From a virus (taxonomy: Duplodnaviria; Caudoviricetes), in the IMG/VR virus record IMGVR_UViG_3300039171_000065, positions 1 through 59,296 of that record: a stretch of DNA of 59,296 nucleotides; one strand, given 5' to 3'. Within the stretch, counting starts at the first letter, position 1. Every line of letters begins with the position of its first letter. Positions 38,118 to 45,739 of the stretch are shown here, piece after piece. The notes beneath the pieces were generated by a model, which worked only from the letters and a program-made list of their open reading frames with translations, had not been told where the DNA came from and ran no database searches. The translations under genes and the position numbers were made by a program.

Positions 38118-38366
38118 ATGAGCATAAAAGCAATGAGCATTAATGAAAATGAAAAAAGAGAGAAAAGTTATCCGTATGTTGGAATCTCAAAAGGGCCGGG
38201 TGGGTACGTTTGTGTTCTTTTTGTTTGTAGCAACACAGGATGTGTAGTTCTAACCAATTTTCTTGGTGATGATATAAGCACTACAAAATACGTTGGAGAT
38301 TTTGGCACAGATTGGGTAGAGAGTGAGTTCACGCCTGTAGAAGCAAACATTCAATTTGGAATTTAA
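38118..38366 (+). CDS. Hypothetical protein
   Basis: In-operon ORF with RBS. Confidence 0.65.
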   Translation: MSIKAMSINENEKREKSYPYVGISKGPGGYVCVLFVCSNTGCVVLTNFLGDDISTTKYVGDFGTDWVESEFTPVEANIQFGI

Positions 38367-38367
38367 C

Positions 38368-38688
38368 ATGATAGATAATATTACACCAGTTGTTGTAGAG
38401 CCTTGTGATTTTAACTGTGGACACAAGCTGATTGAATTGAGTATTGTTGTGGATGTTTTTGAATCAGATGTTGAAAACATCGAATACATTCTAGGTCAAA
38501 AGATTCAAAGCATTCAGTTTGCTGATGAGGTGGTGGCTTATGAAATGATTCTGCATTTACTAACAGATGCAGACTCAGAAAAACTTGATCTTTCTATGGT
38601 TAAGGTGTTGTGCAACTTTTTGATTGATGATCAAATTAATCGACTCAACAAAGTGATTGAACCATTGTATGGGATTACGTATGAGTGA
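38368..38688 (+). CDS. Hypothetical acidic protein
   Basis: In-operon ORF. Confidence 0.6.
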   Translation: MIDNITPVVVEPCDFNCGHKLIELSIVVDVFESDVENIEYILGQKIQSIQFADEVVAYEMILHLLTDADSEKLDLSMVKVLCNFLIDDQINRLNKVIEPLYGITYE

Positions 38689-39184
38689 AAAAACATCAAG
38701 TGATACTTGGCGTGATCGGTTTTTGTGCTTCGCATTATTCTATGCCACATTCTCAAAAGACCCTTCAACCAAAGTTGGTTGTGTTATCACAGACTCACTC
38801 AACAGACCCATAGGGTTTGGTACGAATGGCTTTGCTAGGACTTACCAGCATGATGAGGCGACTTTTGGGGATAGGGTGGAGAAGTACAAGCGTGTTCTTC
38901 ACGCCGAAGAAAACGCTATCTACAACGCTACAAAAGAGGTTCGTGATGGTACGGCTTATATTTCTCACCCACCATGTTTACACTGCTCACATGTACTGGC
39001 ACAAAACGGTATAAGTAAGGTAGTCAGTATTAAACCAACGGGAGAATTTGCTGATCGTTGGTGTATAAAAGAAACAACATTCGAACTAGACGCGCTTGGT
39101 GTTGAATTTGAAGTTGTTGAAAGACCAAGTAGTGATTCAATTGTGAAATCTCTTGACCAATGGCAAAAAACTGTAATAGGATAA
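38681..39184 (+). CDS. dCMP deaminase
   Basis: SKDPSTKVGC, G.NG, HAEENAI, PPCLHC. Confidence 0.93.
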   Translation: MSEKTSSDTWRDRFLCFALFYATFSKDPSTKVGCVITDSLNRPIGFGTNGFARTYQHDEATFGDRVEKYKRVLHAEENAIYNATKEVRDGTAYISHPPCLHCSHVLAQNGISKVVSIKPTGEFADRWCIKETTFELDALGVEFEVVERPSSDSIVKSLDQWQKTVIG

Positions 39185-39194
39185 GGAATGAATT

Positions 39195-39419
39195 ATGAAT
39201 AGTGTAGATATGTTTTTTCAAGTTGTTTTGTTGTTTTGTTTATTGCTTTCTAGTATCATGGTTATTGTTGGTGTGATTTCTACGATTTCAACATTCAAGG
39301 CAGCAAAGCGAGATAGTGTTGATCTAGATTTCAATCCAAATTCGTTTTTTGTAGCTGTAGTTATGCCAATTTTGTATATGATTTCATTTGCAATCGTGTA
39401 TAGTGGTGTGGTAGTATAA
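39195..39419 (+). CDS. Small two-TM membrane protein
   Basis: Two hydrophobic helices. Confidence 0.65.
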   Translation: MNSVDMFFQVVLLFCLLLSSIMVIVGVISTISTFKAAKRDSVDLDFNPNSFFVAVVMPILYMISFAIVYSGVVV

Positions 39420-39428
39420 GATATAAAT

Positions 39429-39513
39429 GCCGCGATTCCCTACACCAGCCTTCTAAGCTGGTACTTAAACAGTAGGATGGAAGTGAGGTGTTCGATTCAC
39501 CATCGTGGCTCCA
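39429..39513 (+). ncRNA. Atypical tRNA-like RNA: UCU anticodon loop, no D-arm, encoded CCA
   Basis: GCCGCGAT/ATCGTGGC acceptor stem + T + CCA; GGTG-TTCGATT-CACC T-arm; ACCAGC-CTTCTAA-GCTGGT anticodon arm only 7 nt after the acceptor stem. Confidence 0.85.
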
Positions 39514-39544
39514 TTTTTATGTGCCAACTAAGGATATATTTAAA

Positions 39545-39874
39545 ATGTGTATCATCGTTGAAACCGTAACAGAAGTTGAGAATGTTGAAGATATTGCATT
39601 TGGTCGGTACAAACTCTATTGGGAACCAGTGAACATTAACTTTGATGGAAAGTGGTCAATTGTAGAAATTTTTAAGGATAAGTGGGATGTAGAAATTTTT
39701 AAGGATAATTGGGATGATGAAATTGTCTTTAGGGCAGAAGATCATGTATTGAAGCACAGCCTTACAGAGAATGCAGACAGAATCAAAAAACTTGTAAAAA
39801 TCGGAGATTTAAAAAATGACACCACTAGAATACAAATCACACATAATGCGAACTGTCGTCTATCCAACAAATGA
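39545..39874 (+). CDS. Hypothetical protein with an internal 9-aa duplication
   Basis: AAGGA RBS; 27-bp tandem repeat 39661-39714. Confidence 0.6.
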   Translation: MCIIVETVTEVENVEDIAFGRYKLYWEPVNINFDGKWSIVEIFKDKWDVEIFKDNWDDEIVFRAEDHVLKHSLTENADRIKKLVKIGDLKNDTTRIQITHNANCRLSNK

Positions 39875-40217
39875 ACAGTTCTTTGATTCAACGCGAAAGC
39901 GCAACATCCGATACTTCACAAAGTACAAGCCGCACCTGTTTGGTCGTGTTCTGGAACGTGGAATTGATCAGGCAACTTTCAAAGAAATCTTTGAACTTCT
40001 GTTTGAGCGTCATTACGATTATCTTCTGAACATCTTTGAAAACAACAAAGAGAAAATGAACTCTGATGATTCCATTGCTATCTTTGTTCGCAGAAGTGAT
40101 GTTAGTATCTGCTTCATCGTTTTTGATGATGAGAAAGATGGGTTTTTCAGTATGATGCCTCTGACTGTTCTGGGTAAATACGAATACAAAAAATGTGACT
40201 ACGAGATTGAACTATGA
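39816..40217 (+). CDS. Hypothetical protein
   Basis: GGAG RBS; H..GR..ERGI motif. Confidence 0.7.
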   Translation: MTPLEYKSHIMRTVVYPTNEQFFDSTRKRNIRYFTKYKPHLFGRVLERGIDQATFKEIFELLFERHYDYLLNIFENNKEKMNSDDSIAIFVRRSDVSICFIVFDDEKDGFFSMMPLTVLGKYEYKKCDYEIEL

Positions 40218-40402
40218 TTATGTTTCTGGATTATCTTTTGTATTGGGTATTGTGTCTTTTTGTATACTGTGCGATTGAAAAGATATTTAATAAAGAACCT
40301 TTAAAATTAATTATAAATGAAAACTTAATTAAAACGGGTTTCTTTTCTCTTTTAATATATCTTACAATTTTTTATTTTAGCAGGGAATTGATGTACCTAT
40401 GA
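40214..40402 (+). CDS. Small membrane protein
   Basis: Hydrophobic; coupled at both ends. Confidence 0.55.
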   Translation: MIMFLDYLLYWVLCLFVYCAIEKIFNKEPLKLIINENLIKTGFFSLLIYLTIFYFSRELMYL

Positions 40403-41130
40403 AGAATGATCCATTCACATGGAAAAGGTTTGACTGGGAACCACTTGACTTTGAAGAAATGGAGTCAGTGACAAACGAGGAAACGGGGAAGAGATTCTAC
40501 AAGACGCCTGTAGGGAATCTTCCATCCATGACCACCATTCTAGGAATTTTGGATGATGGTGGTATTGATGCATGGATCAAGCGGGTTGGTGTTGACGAAG
40601 CAGAGAAAATCAAGAACGAAGCATCGGCTCGTGGAAACTCGCTTCATGATCTAAGTGAGGGATATTTGCGGAATGAGATAGAACGCTCTCAGCTACACGG
40701 TAAGGGCAAGGTGTTGTTCAACCGTGTTAAGCCACTACTAGACACCATAAACCCCGTTCTAGCCACTGAGATTCCCTTGTACAGCAAGAAATACGGGTTT
40801 GCTGGTCGTGTTGACTGTATCGCTTACATTGATGGTGTTCTCTACATAATAGACCACAAGAACAGCCGTAGAGCATTTAACTTTAAAAAACAATACGCTA
40901 GAAGAAAATATTTTTGCTACGTATTGCAGGTTACAGGTTACGCCATTTGTGTTGAAGAAATGTTTGGACTCAAGGCAACAAAAGGGTGTATCATTGTAGG
41001 CAATCACGAACTGTCTAATTCAGATATGTTCAAATTCTCTATCGACAAATACAGGGGTGAGTTTGAAAAGCTGATTGAGATTTTCAAAGGAACTCGTGAC
41101 GAAAAAGATTCTCTCTACTACAAACTATAG
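40399..41130 (+). CDS. PD-(D/E)xK exonuclease
   Basis: R.Y.TP, PSMTTIL, RGN.LH, E..L.S, AGRVDCI, IDHK, Q..GY. Confidence 0.85.
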   Translation: MKNDPFTWKRFDWEPLDFEEMESVTNEETGKRFYKTPVGNLPSMTTILGILDDGGIDAWIKRVGVDEAEKIKNEASARGNSLHDLSEGYLRNEIERSQLHGKGKVLFNRVKPLLDTINPVLATEIPLYSKKYGFAGRVDCIAYIDGVLYIIDHKNSRRAFNFKKQYARRKYFCYVLQVTGYAICVEEMFGLKATKGCIIVGNHELSNSDMFKFSIDKYRGEFEKLIEIFKGTRDEKDSLYYKL

Positions 41131-41140
41131 GAATATTCTA

Positions 41141-41329
41141 ATGAAAGGTTTTGATAACTTTATGTCTGAAAATTTTGAAAGCATTGATGCTGAAAAAGAA
41201 TCAGAATTATACAATGCTTTTTACAGGACGTATCTTCGTGGTTATAGTGACGCTACTTCTGATTCAGTCGATCAACTAAAACTAAGAATGCAAGAATTTG
41301 GGGAATTTTCTTATGTTAATAAAGGATAA
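41141..41329 (+). CDS. Small hypothetical protein
   Basis: TAGGA RBS; MKGFDNFMSE. Confidence 0.6.
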   Translation: MKGFDNFMSENFESIDAEKESELYNAFYRTYLRGYSDATSDSVDQLKLRMQEFGEFSYVNKG

Positions 41330-41840
41330 AATTCTAATTGGCGCAAGTGTTGTAGTTCTTATGGGGCATTTGTTTCTAACAAACACGGCGAATGCATCAA
41401 CGTGCGAACCACAAGAAAAAATGACCAATCAACAATGGTACAATGTATCAAAAGGTTATTACGCGGCTCTTGATCATGGATATGGACTCACGTTAGCAGC
41501 TATTATTATTAAGGAGAGTCAAGGTGGGTTGTATCGAGTCAATCCAGAGTCAAAAGATTTTGGATTGACTCAGATTAACATCAAGACAGCAATTTCTAGA
41601 CTAGGATATAAAGACACACCTTTCATGCGCTCTGTAGCAGCGTCTAAGATCGTTTTTGATGATGACCTAGCCATTGCCCTTGCTATTGAAGAACTGTTGT
41701 ACTGGGACAGCCGTAGGGGTGGGCAATGGAGTCATGTTGTGGCATCCTATAACTCAGGAAACAACATGAGCAAAGGACTAAAAAATTACTATCCGCGAGT
41801 AGCAAAACTTGTGGAACAACTCAAGGGGTGTTTTAAATAA
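41313..41840 (+). CDS. Lytic transglycosylase (SLT/lysozyme-like) with N-terminal signal
   Basis: AIIIKES (catalytic Glu), DFGLTQIN, ASYNSG; hydrophobic N-terminus ending ANA. Confidence 0.85.
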   Translation: MLIKDKILIGASVVVLMGHLFLTNTANASTCEPQEKMTNQQWYNVSKGYYAALDHGYGLTLAAIIIKESQGGLYRVNPESKDFGLTQINIKTAISRLGYKDTPFMRSVAASKIVFDDDLAIALAIEELLYWDSRRGGQWSHVVASYNSGNNMSKGLKNYYPRVAKLVEQLKGCFK

Positions 41841-42068
41841 ATGATGTTTAGATCAAAAAACGATTTCTGTCTATATATTGAACAAATGAAAAAAGACCTA
41901 GATTTTGATAGCTATATTGAAACCATTCTTCATTTCTATGAAAATGAAACTGATCAGGAAATAGAAGACATAGCTAAACTCTTAAACAAAAAATTGATTG
42001 ACTCTATTGAACGTGAGGGTGTAGACTTAAAAGTTATCAAGGGTCATTCTATGGAGAGCTTATTCTGA
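41841..42068 (+). CDS. gp33: Late-transcription coactivator
   Basis: F...IE......SYIE.I.....E.EDIAKLL...L...IE.E pattern; in the gp33-gp59-gp32 cluster. Confidence 0.8.
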   Translation: MMFRSKNDFCLYIEQMKKDLDFDSYIETILHFYENETDQEIEDIAKLLNKKLIDSIEREGVDLKVIKGHSMESLF

Positions 42069-42523
42069 TGAAAATATTTCTTGACACAGAGTTTAACGGA
42101 TTTAAAGGTGATCTGATCAGTATCGGTATGGTCGCAGAAGATGGGTGTATATTCTATGGTGTTCGAAACGAAACAAAAGCTATGAATATTGACCCATGGG
42201 TTAGTGAAAATGTAATGCCTTTTCTTGACAAACACCCACTGGATAACATTATCCTATGGGAAGGCGACGATACTATTCAGAGTAGATTGCAATGGTATCT
42301 TTTGCAATACACAAATATCGAAATCGTTGCAGATTGGCCAGAAGACATTCAACATCTATGTAAGCTTATGATCACTGGTGCAGGGACAATGATAAACACA
42401 CCAAACGTGATGACGTTTACCATAGGTCGCAGGCTTAACGGGTTATCAGAGGTTCCACACAATGCATTATATGATGCTATTGGTAATCTTCAACATTATA
42501 TAAGTATGGATGAGAGACTATAA
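42068..42523 (+). CDS. DEDD 3'-5' exoribonuclease-like protein
   Basis: FLDTEF, LISIG, WV.ENV.P, HNALYDA. Confidence 0.8.
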   Translation: MKIFLDTEFNGFKGDLISIGMVAEDGCIFYGVRNETKAMNIDPWVSENVMPFLDKHPLDNIILWEGDDTIQSRLQWYLLQYTNIEIVADWPEDIQHLCKLMITGAGTMINTPNVMTFTIGRRLNGLSEVPHNALYDAIGNLQHYISMDERL

Positions 42524-42822
42524 TGGCATTTAATCAACTCAGTGACGCACAATTAGAACGGTTGTATATTTTATCCGAGGAATTGGGCGAAGCACAACAA
42601 GCTGTAGGAAAAATTCTTAGACATGGGTATGATAGCAAACACCCAGAAACGGGAATAACAAATAAAGAATCTTTTGAACACGAGCTTGGGGATGTAAAAG
42701 CTGCTATATTTCTACTAACACAAAAATATGAAGTTAGTCCCTCAAAAATAGTAACAAAAATGTTTTTAAAGCTTGAGAAATTTAGACTTGGTACTTATCT
42801 GCACCATCAACACGAGGACTAA
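42523..42822 (+). CDS. MazG-like NTP pyrophosphohydrolase
   Basis: EELGE..QA..KILRHG, E.ELGD. Confidence 0.75.
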   Translation: MAFNQLSDAQLERLYILSEELGEAQQAVGKILRHGYDSKHPETGITNKESFEHELGDVKAAIFLLTQKYEVSPSKIVTKMFLKLEKFRLGTYLHHQHED

Positions 42823-42826
42823 TCAG

Positions 42827-43453
42827 ATGATCGGATTCACAGCTTATCAAAAATACCTTGCCATCTTGATGCACTTTAATGATAAGATCAATTATGATTA
42901 TTTCAAGTACAATGGTAAGACCAGTGTAAAGCTTGAAACTTTCAAAAAGAACAAGTCAAACGTGTATAAACACGCAGGTATAGAAAAGCGTGTGGGTTTT
43001 GATGAGCTTGAAACTTTCTTTTTTGTTAATATGGAAGATGGGTATAAGAAATTTATTCCTCAGATGTGGTACAAACATTATAAGAAATGTCTTGACAGAA
43101 TAAATATGTTTGATGTAGAATTCGATGACGATCTCTACAGCATCAATGAGATGATAGAATCCACTGGTTGTGGTTACAAAGACCTATTCAATGGTGGAGA
43201 ATTTCACTTGCATCCTTTGTTGTACGTATGGTATGATAAGGGAATGGTTTCAAAAAACACAGTGATGTTTATTGATGCGTATATATCTAGCATCTTTGAA
43301 GAATCACACAGTTCTGATCCGCTTCTATGGAAAGAAGTGGTTGACAAGCATCGGCAAGTTACAGGATTTTATCGCCGTTGCTACTTCTCTCGTTTACATG
43401 ACATGGATGAAATGAAAAAATTTGGACAAAATAAATTATTAAAACACTTTTAG
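42827..43453 (+). CDS. gp59: Helicase loader
   Basis: GF.AY..YLA...HF....YDYFKYNGK; HP.L; precedes gp32. Confidence 0.88.
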   Translation: MIGFTAYQKYLAILMHFNDKINYDYFKYNGKTSVKLETFKKNKSNVYKHAGIEKRVGFDELETFFFVNMEDGYKKFIPQMWYKHYKKCLDRINMFDVEFDDDLYSINEMIESTGCGYKDLFNGGEFHLHPLLYVWYDKGMVSKNTVMFIDAYISSIFEESHSSDPLLWKEVVDKHRQVTGFYRRCYFSRLHDMDEMKKFGQNKLLKHF

Positions 43454-43462
43454 GAATAATTA

Positions 43463-44458
43463 ATGACTAATTTCAATGCACTAAAGAAAAAGAAAGGCAG
43501 TAACCTCAAGGCAATGGCAGAGAAGCTTGAGACTATGAACAAAGGTAGTGGCGGCAAAAAAGATGAACGTATCTATAAGCCGGGATTTGACAAGAAAGAA
43601 GGTATTGGTAATGCAGTTATTCGTTTGCTTCCTGCACAGGAAGGGGATAACTTTGTTCGCCAGTTCAGCCATTCTTTCAATGTTGGTAGTAATTTCTACT
43701 GGGAAAACTCTCGATCAACTCTTGACGAAAAAGACCCTGTAGGTATCTCGAACGGCCTGTACTGGCGTTTGGGTGATGAATCTGAAAGCACAGAAGACAA
43801 AACCAAATACCAGAACATTGCGAAAAATCGAAAGCGCAAGACAAAGTATTTCTTTAACGTCTATGTGGAAAAAGACAAGAACAATCCTGATTGCGAAGGT
43901 CAAGTAATGATCATGGAATGTGGGCCACAAATCTTCGCAATTATCGAAAAGGCTATCAATCCAAAGTTCGAAGACGACGAAGCAATTGATCCGTTTGATC
44001 TATGGGGTGGCGCACCACTGAAAATTCGTGCATTGGGACGTGAAATTCCTGATGGTCGTACTGGTAATAAAGTGATTGTACCAAACTACGAAGAATCATT
44101 CTTTGGTAATGTCGCTGAATTCATGGATGGTGATGAAGAAAAGATGAAAGAAGTCTTTGAAAAGACCTATGATCTTTCTAGTTTCGCCGTTGTGAAGCCG
44201 TTTGACGAGCTTGCAGCGCGGTTTAAGCAAGTGACCGGTGAAGACTACGACAAGCTTGATAAAACCTCTGAGGATCACGCTAAGGAAGCAGAAGAGGACT
44301 TCCGAGAGCAGTACAAAGAGTCAAGTGGTAAAGATGATGAAAAATCTGAACCAGTAGAAGAGAAAAAAGAACCAGCTAAGAAAGAAGTGGTTGCTGATGC
44401 TGACGACGATGACGATGATCTGTTGGGTGAGTTTGCAAGACTAGCAAACGGCGATTAA
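43463..44458 (+). CDS. gp32: Single-stranded DNA-binding protein
   Basis: DERI.KP, AVIRLLP, EN..STL...DPV, DPFDLWGGA, NY..S.F; acidic tail; terminator 44460-44483. Confidence 0.95.
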   Translation: MTNFNALKKKKGSNLKAMAEKLETMNKGSGGKKDERIYKPGFDKKEGIGNAVIRLLPAQEGDNFVRQFSHSFNVGSNFYWENSRSTLDEKDPVGISNGLYWRLGDESESTEDKTKYQNIAKNRKRKTKYFFNVYVEKDKNNPDCEGQVMIMECGPQIFAIIEKAINPKFEDDEAIDPFDLWGGAPLKIRALGREIPDGRTGNKVIVPNYEESFFGNVAEFMDGDEEKMKEVFEKTYDLSSFAVVKPFDELAARFKQVTGEDYDKLDKTSEDHAKEAEEDFREQYKESSGKDDEKSEPVEEKKEPAKKEVVADADDDDDDLLGEFARLANGD

Positions 44459-44504
44459 CAAGAGGGGCTACGGCCCCTTTTTTCCTTTACATATAGAGGT
44501 TAAT

Positions 44505-44939
44505 ATGAAATTAGTAGAAACAGTTACAACATATAACACGTTAGAACTATTGAAAGGTATGGTTGATATTTCGGCTGATCATTTCAATAAGTATGATCAT
44601 GTAAGTCCATTTGAGAAAGCAACTATTTTTAGTTTTGGTCGCCAGTGTGGACACACAGAAGCAATCAAAGAATACGTTAGTCAATCAGAAGATGAAATTT
44701 TGGTAGTATGTCGTAATCAATATGCAGCTACAGAATTCAATAGAATTTTGGGCTTTAATGCAGCGGTTTCAATTAGTGATTTTAAAAGATTTGAAAAGTT
44801 TAGAGGGTGTAATGCAGAACCAGTTAAAATGATTTTTGATAGCTGCACAACGGATCAAATCCTACCTTTTATTTTGGAATCATTGGAATATATGGTTTAC
44901 GATATAAAAGCCATTGTAATTGTACAACCAGTCTTTTAA
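44505..44939 (+). CDS. Hypothetical protein with a degenerate P-loop-like motif
   Basis: GRQCGHT; FRG...MIFD. Confidence 0.65.
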   Translation: MKLVETVTTYNTLELLKGMVDISADHFNKYDHVSPFEKATIFSFGRQCGHTEAIKEYVSQSEDEILVVCRNQYAATEFNRILGFNAAVSISDFKRFEKFRGCNAEPVKMIFDSCTTDQILPFILESLEYMVYDIKAIVIVQPVF

Positions 44940-44960
44940 AAATTCTCTGATTTAATACAA

Positions 44961-45014
44961 CATAAATCCTTTGTAGAAATCAATCTAAACAATTTTCTAC
45001 AAGGGATTTTTATG
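44961..45014 (+). promoter_or_regulatory. RBS-sequestering hairpin with a late-promoter-like site
   Basis: CATAAATCCTTTGTAGAAA pairs with TTTCTACAAGGGATTTTTATG. Confidence 0.65.
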
Positions 45015-45164
45015 TTAAAACAAGAAGTTATTTGTCCAAACTGTGATCAACAATACATTATAGTGAGTGTGAATTCGGAAATTAGTTATTGCCCGTTCTG
45101 TGGTGATGACATTGGTGGAGAAGATCAGCGCGGCGAACTTGATATGAGTTCTGACGATGAGTAA
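45012..45164 (+). CDS. Small zinc-ribbon protein (50 aa, not in ORF track)
   Basis: MLKQEVICPNC...YCPFCG...DDE*. Confidence 0.75.
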   Translation: MLKQEVICPNCDQQYIIVSVNSEISYCPFCGDDIGGEDQRGELDMSSDDE

Positions 45165-45723
45165 GGTTGCTATGGTCGCTGGCATAGATTTTTCAATGCG
45201 ATGTCCAGCAATTGCAATTCATCCTATGAAGCCTATAGTTAATTTCAATGATGTAAAGGTATTTTTCTATACTTCTGAGACTAAATATAAGTCTGTCTTC
45301 AACAAAAACATCTATGGAATGTCACATATTCCTTATGAATCTGAGATGGAAAGATTTGACAATATTAGTGAATGGGCGCTTGTTATTTTGCAAAAGTTCA
45401 ACGTAAAACAAGTTGCCTTAGAAGGTTATAGCCTTGGCTCAAAAGGGAAAATTTTCGAAATAGCTGAAAATACAGGCATTCTTAAACAGAAGTTATGGCA
45501 AGCTGGAATTGAGTTCACCACACCTGCACCAACCACCATCAAAAAACACTTTTGTGGTAAAGGCAATTCTAAGAAAGAAGCCATGCTAGAAGCGTTTGAT
45601 GATCGGTTTGACACAGACTTAAAAACCATCATGAATTATACACGAAAAAATGTTGAGTCGCCTATCGGTGACGTGATAGACTCAACCGCTATTGTAGACT
45701 ATTTAATCTGCAATAACATTTAA
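45157..45723 (+). CDS. RuvC-like Holliday junction resolvase
   Basis: GIDFS, ALEGYS, IAENTG.LK, PTTIKK...GKGN..K, D..DS. Confidence 0.85.
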   Translation: MSKVAMVAGIDFSMRCPAIAIHPMKPIVNFNDVKVFFYTSETKYKSVFNKNIYGMSHIPYESEMERFDNISEWALVILQKFNVKQVALEGYSLGSKGKIFEIAENTGILKQKLWQAGIEFTTPAPTTIKKHFCGKGNSKKEAMLEAFDDRFDTDLKTIMNYTRKNVESPIGDVIDSTAIVDYLICNNI

Positions 45724-45739
45724 AATCAAGAGGAAAGTA

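Noticed and set aside
39429-39513. Standard tRNA-Arg, amber suppressor (CUA) or tmRNA
   Set aside because: No D-arm; the 7-nt loop centres on UCU, not CUA; far too short for tmRNA and no tag ORF
40399-41130. Cas4 as a sign of a CRISPR system
   Set aside because: The four-Cys cluster motif is not evident; it fits the stand-alone PD-(D/E)xK exonuclease of T4-like phages
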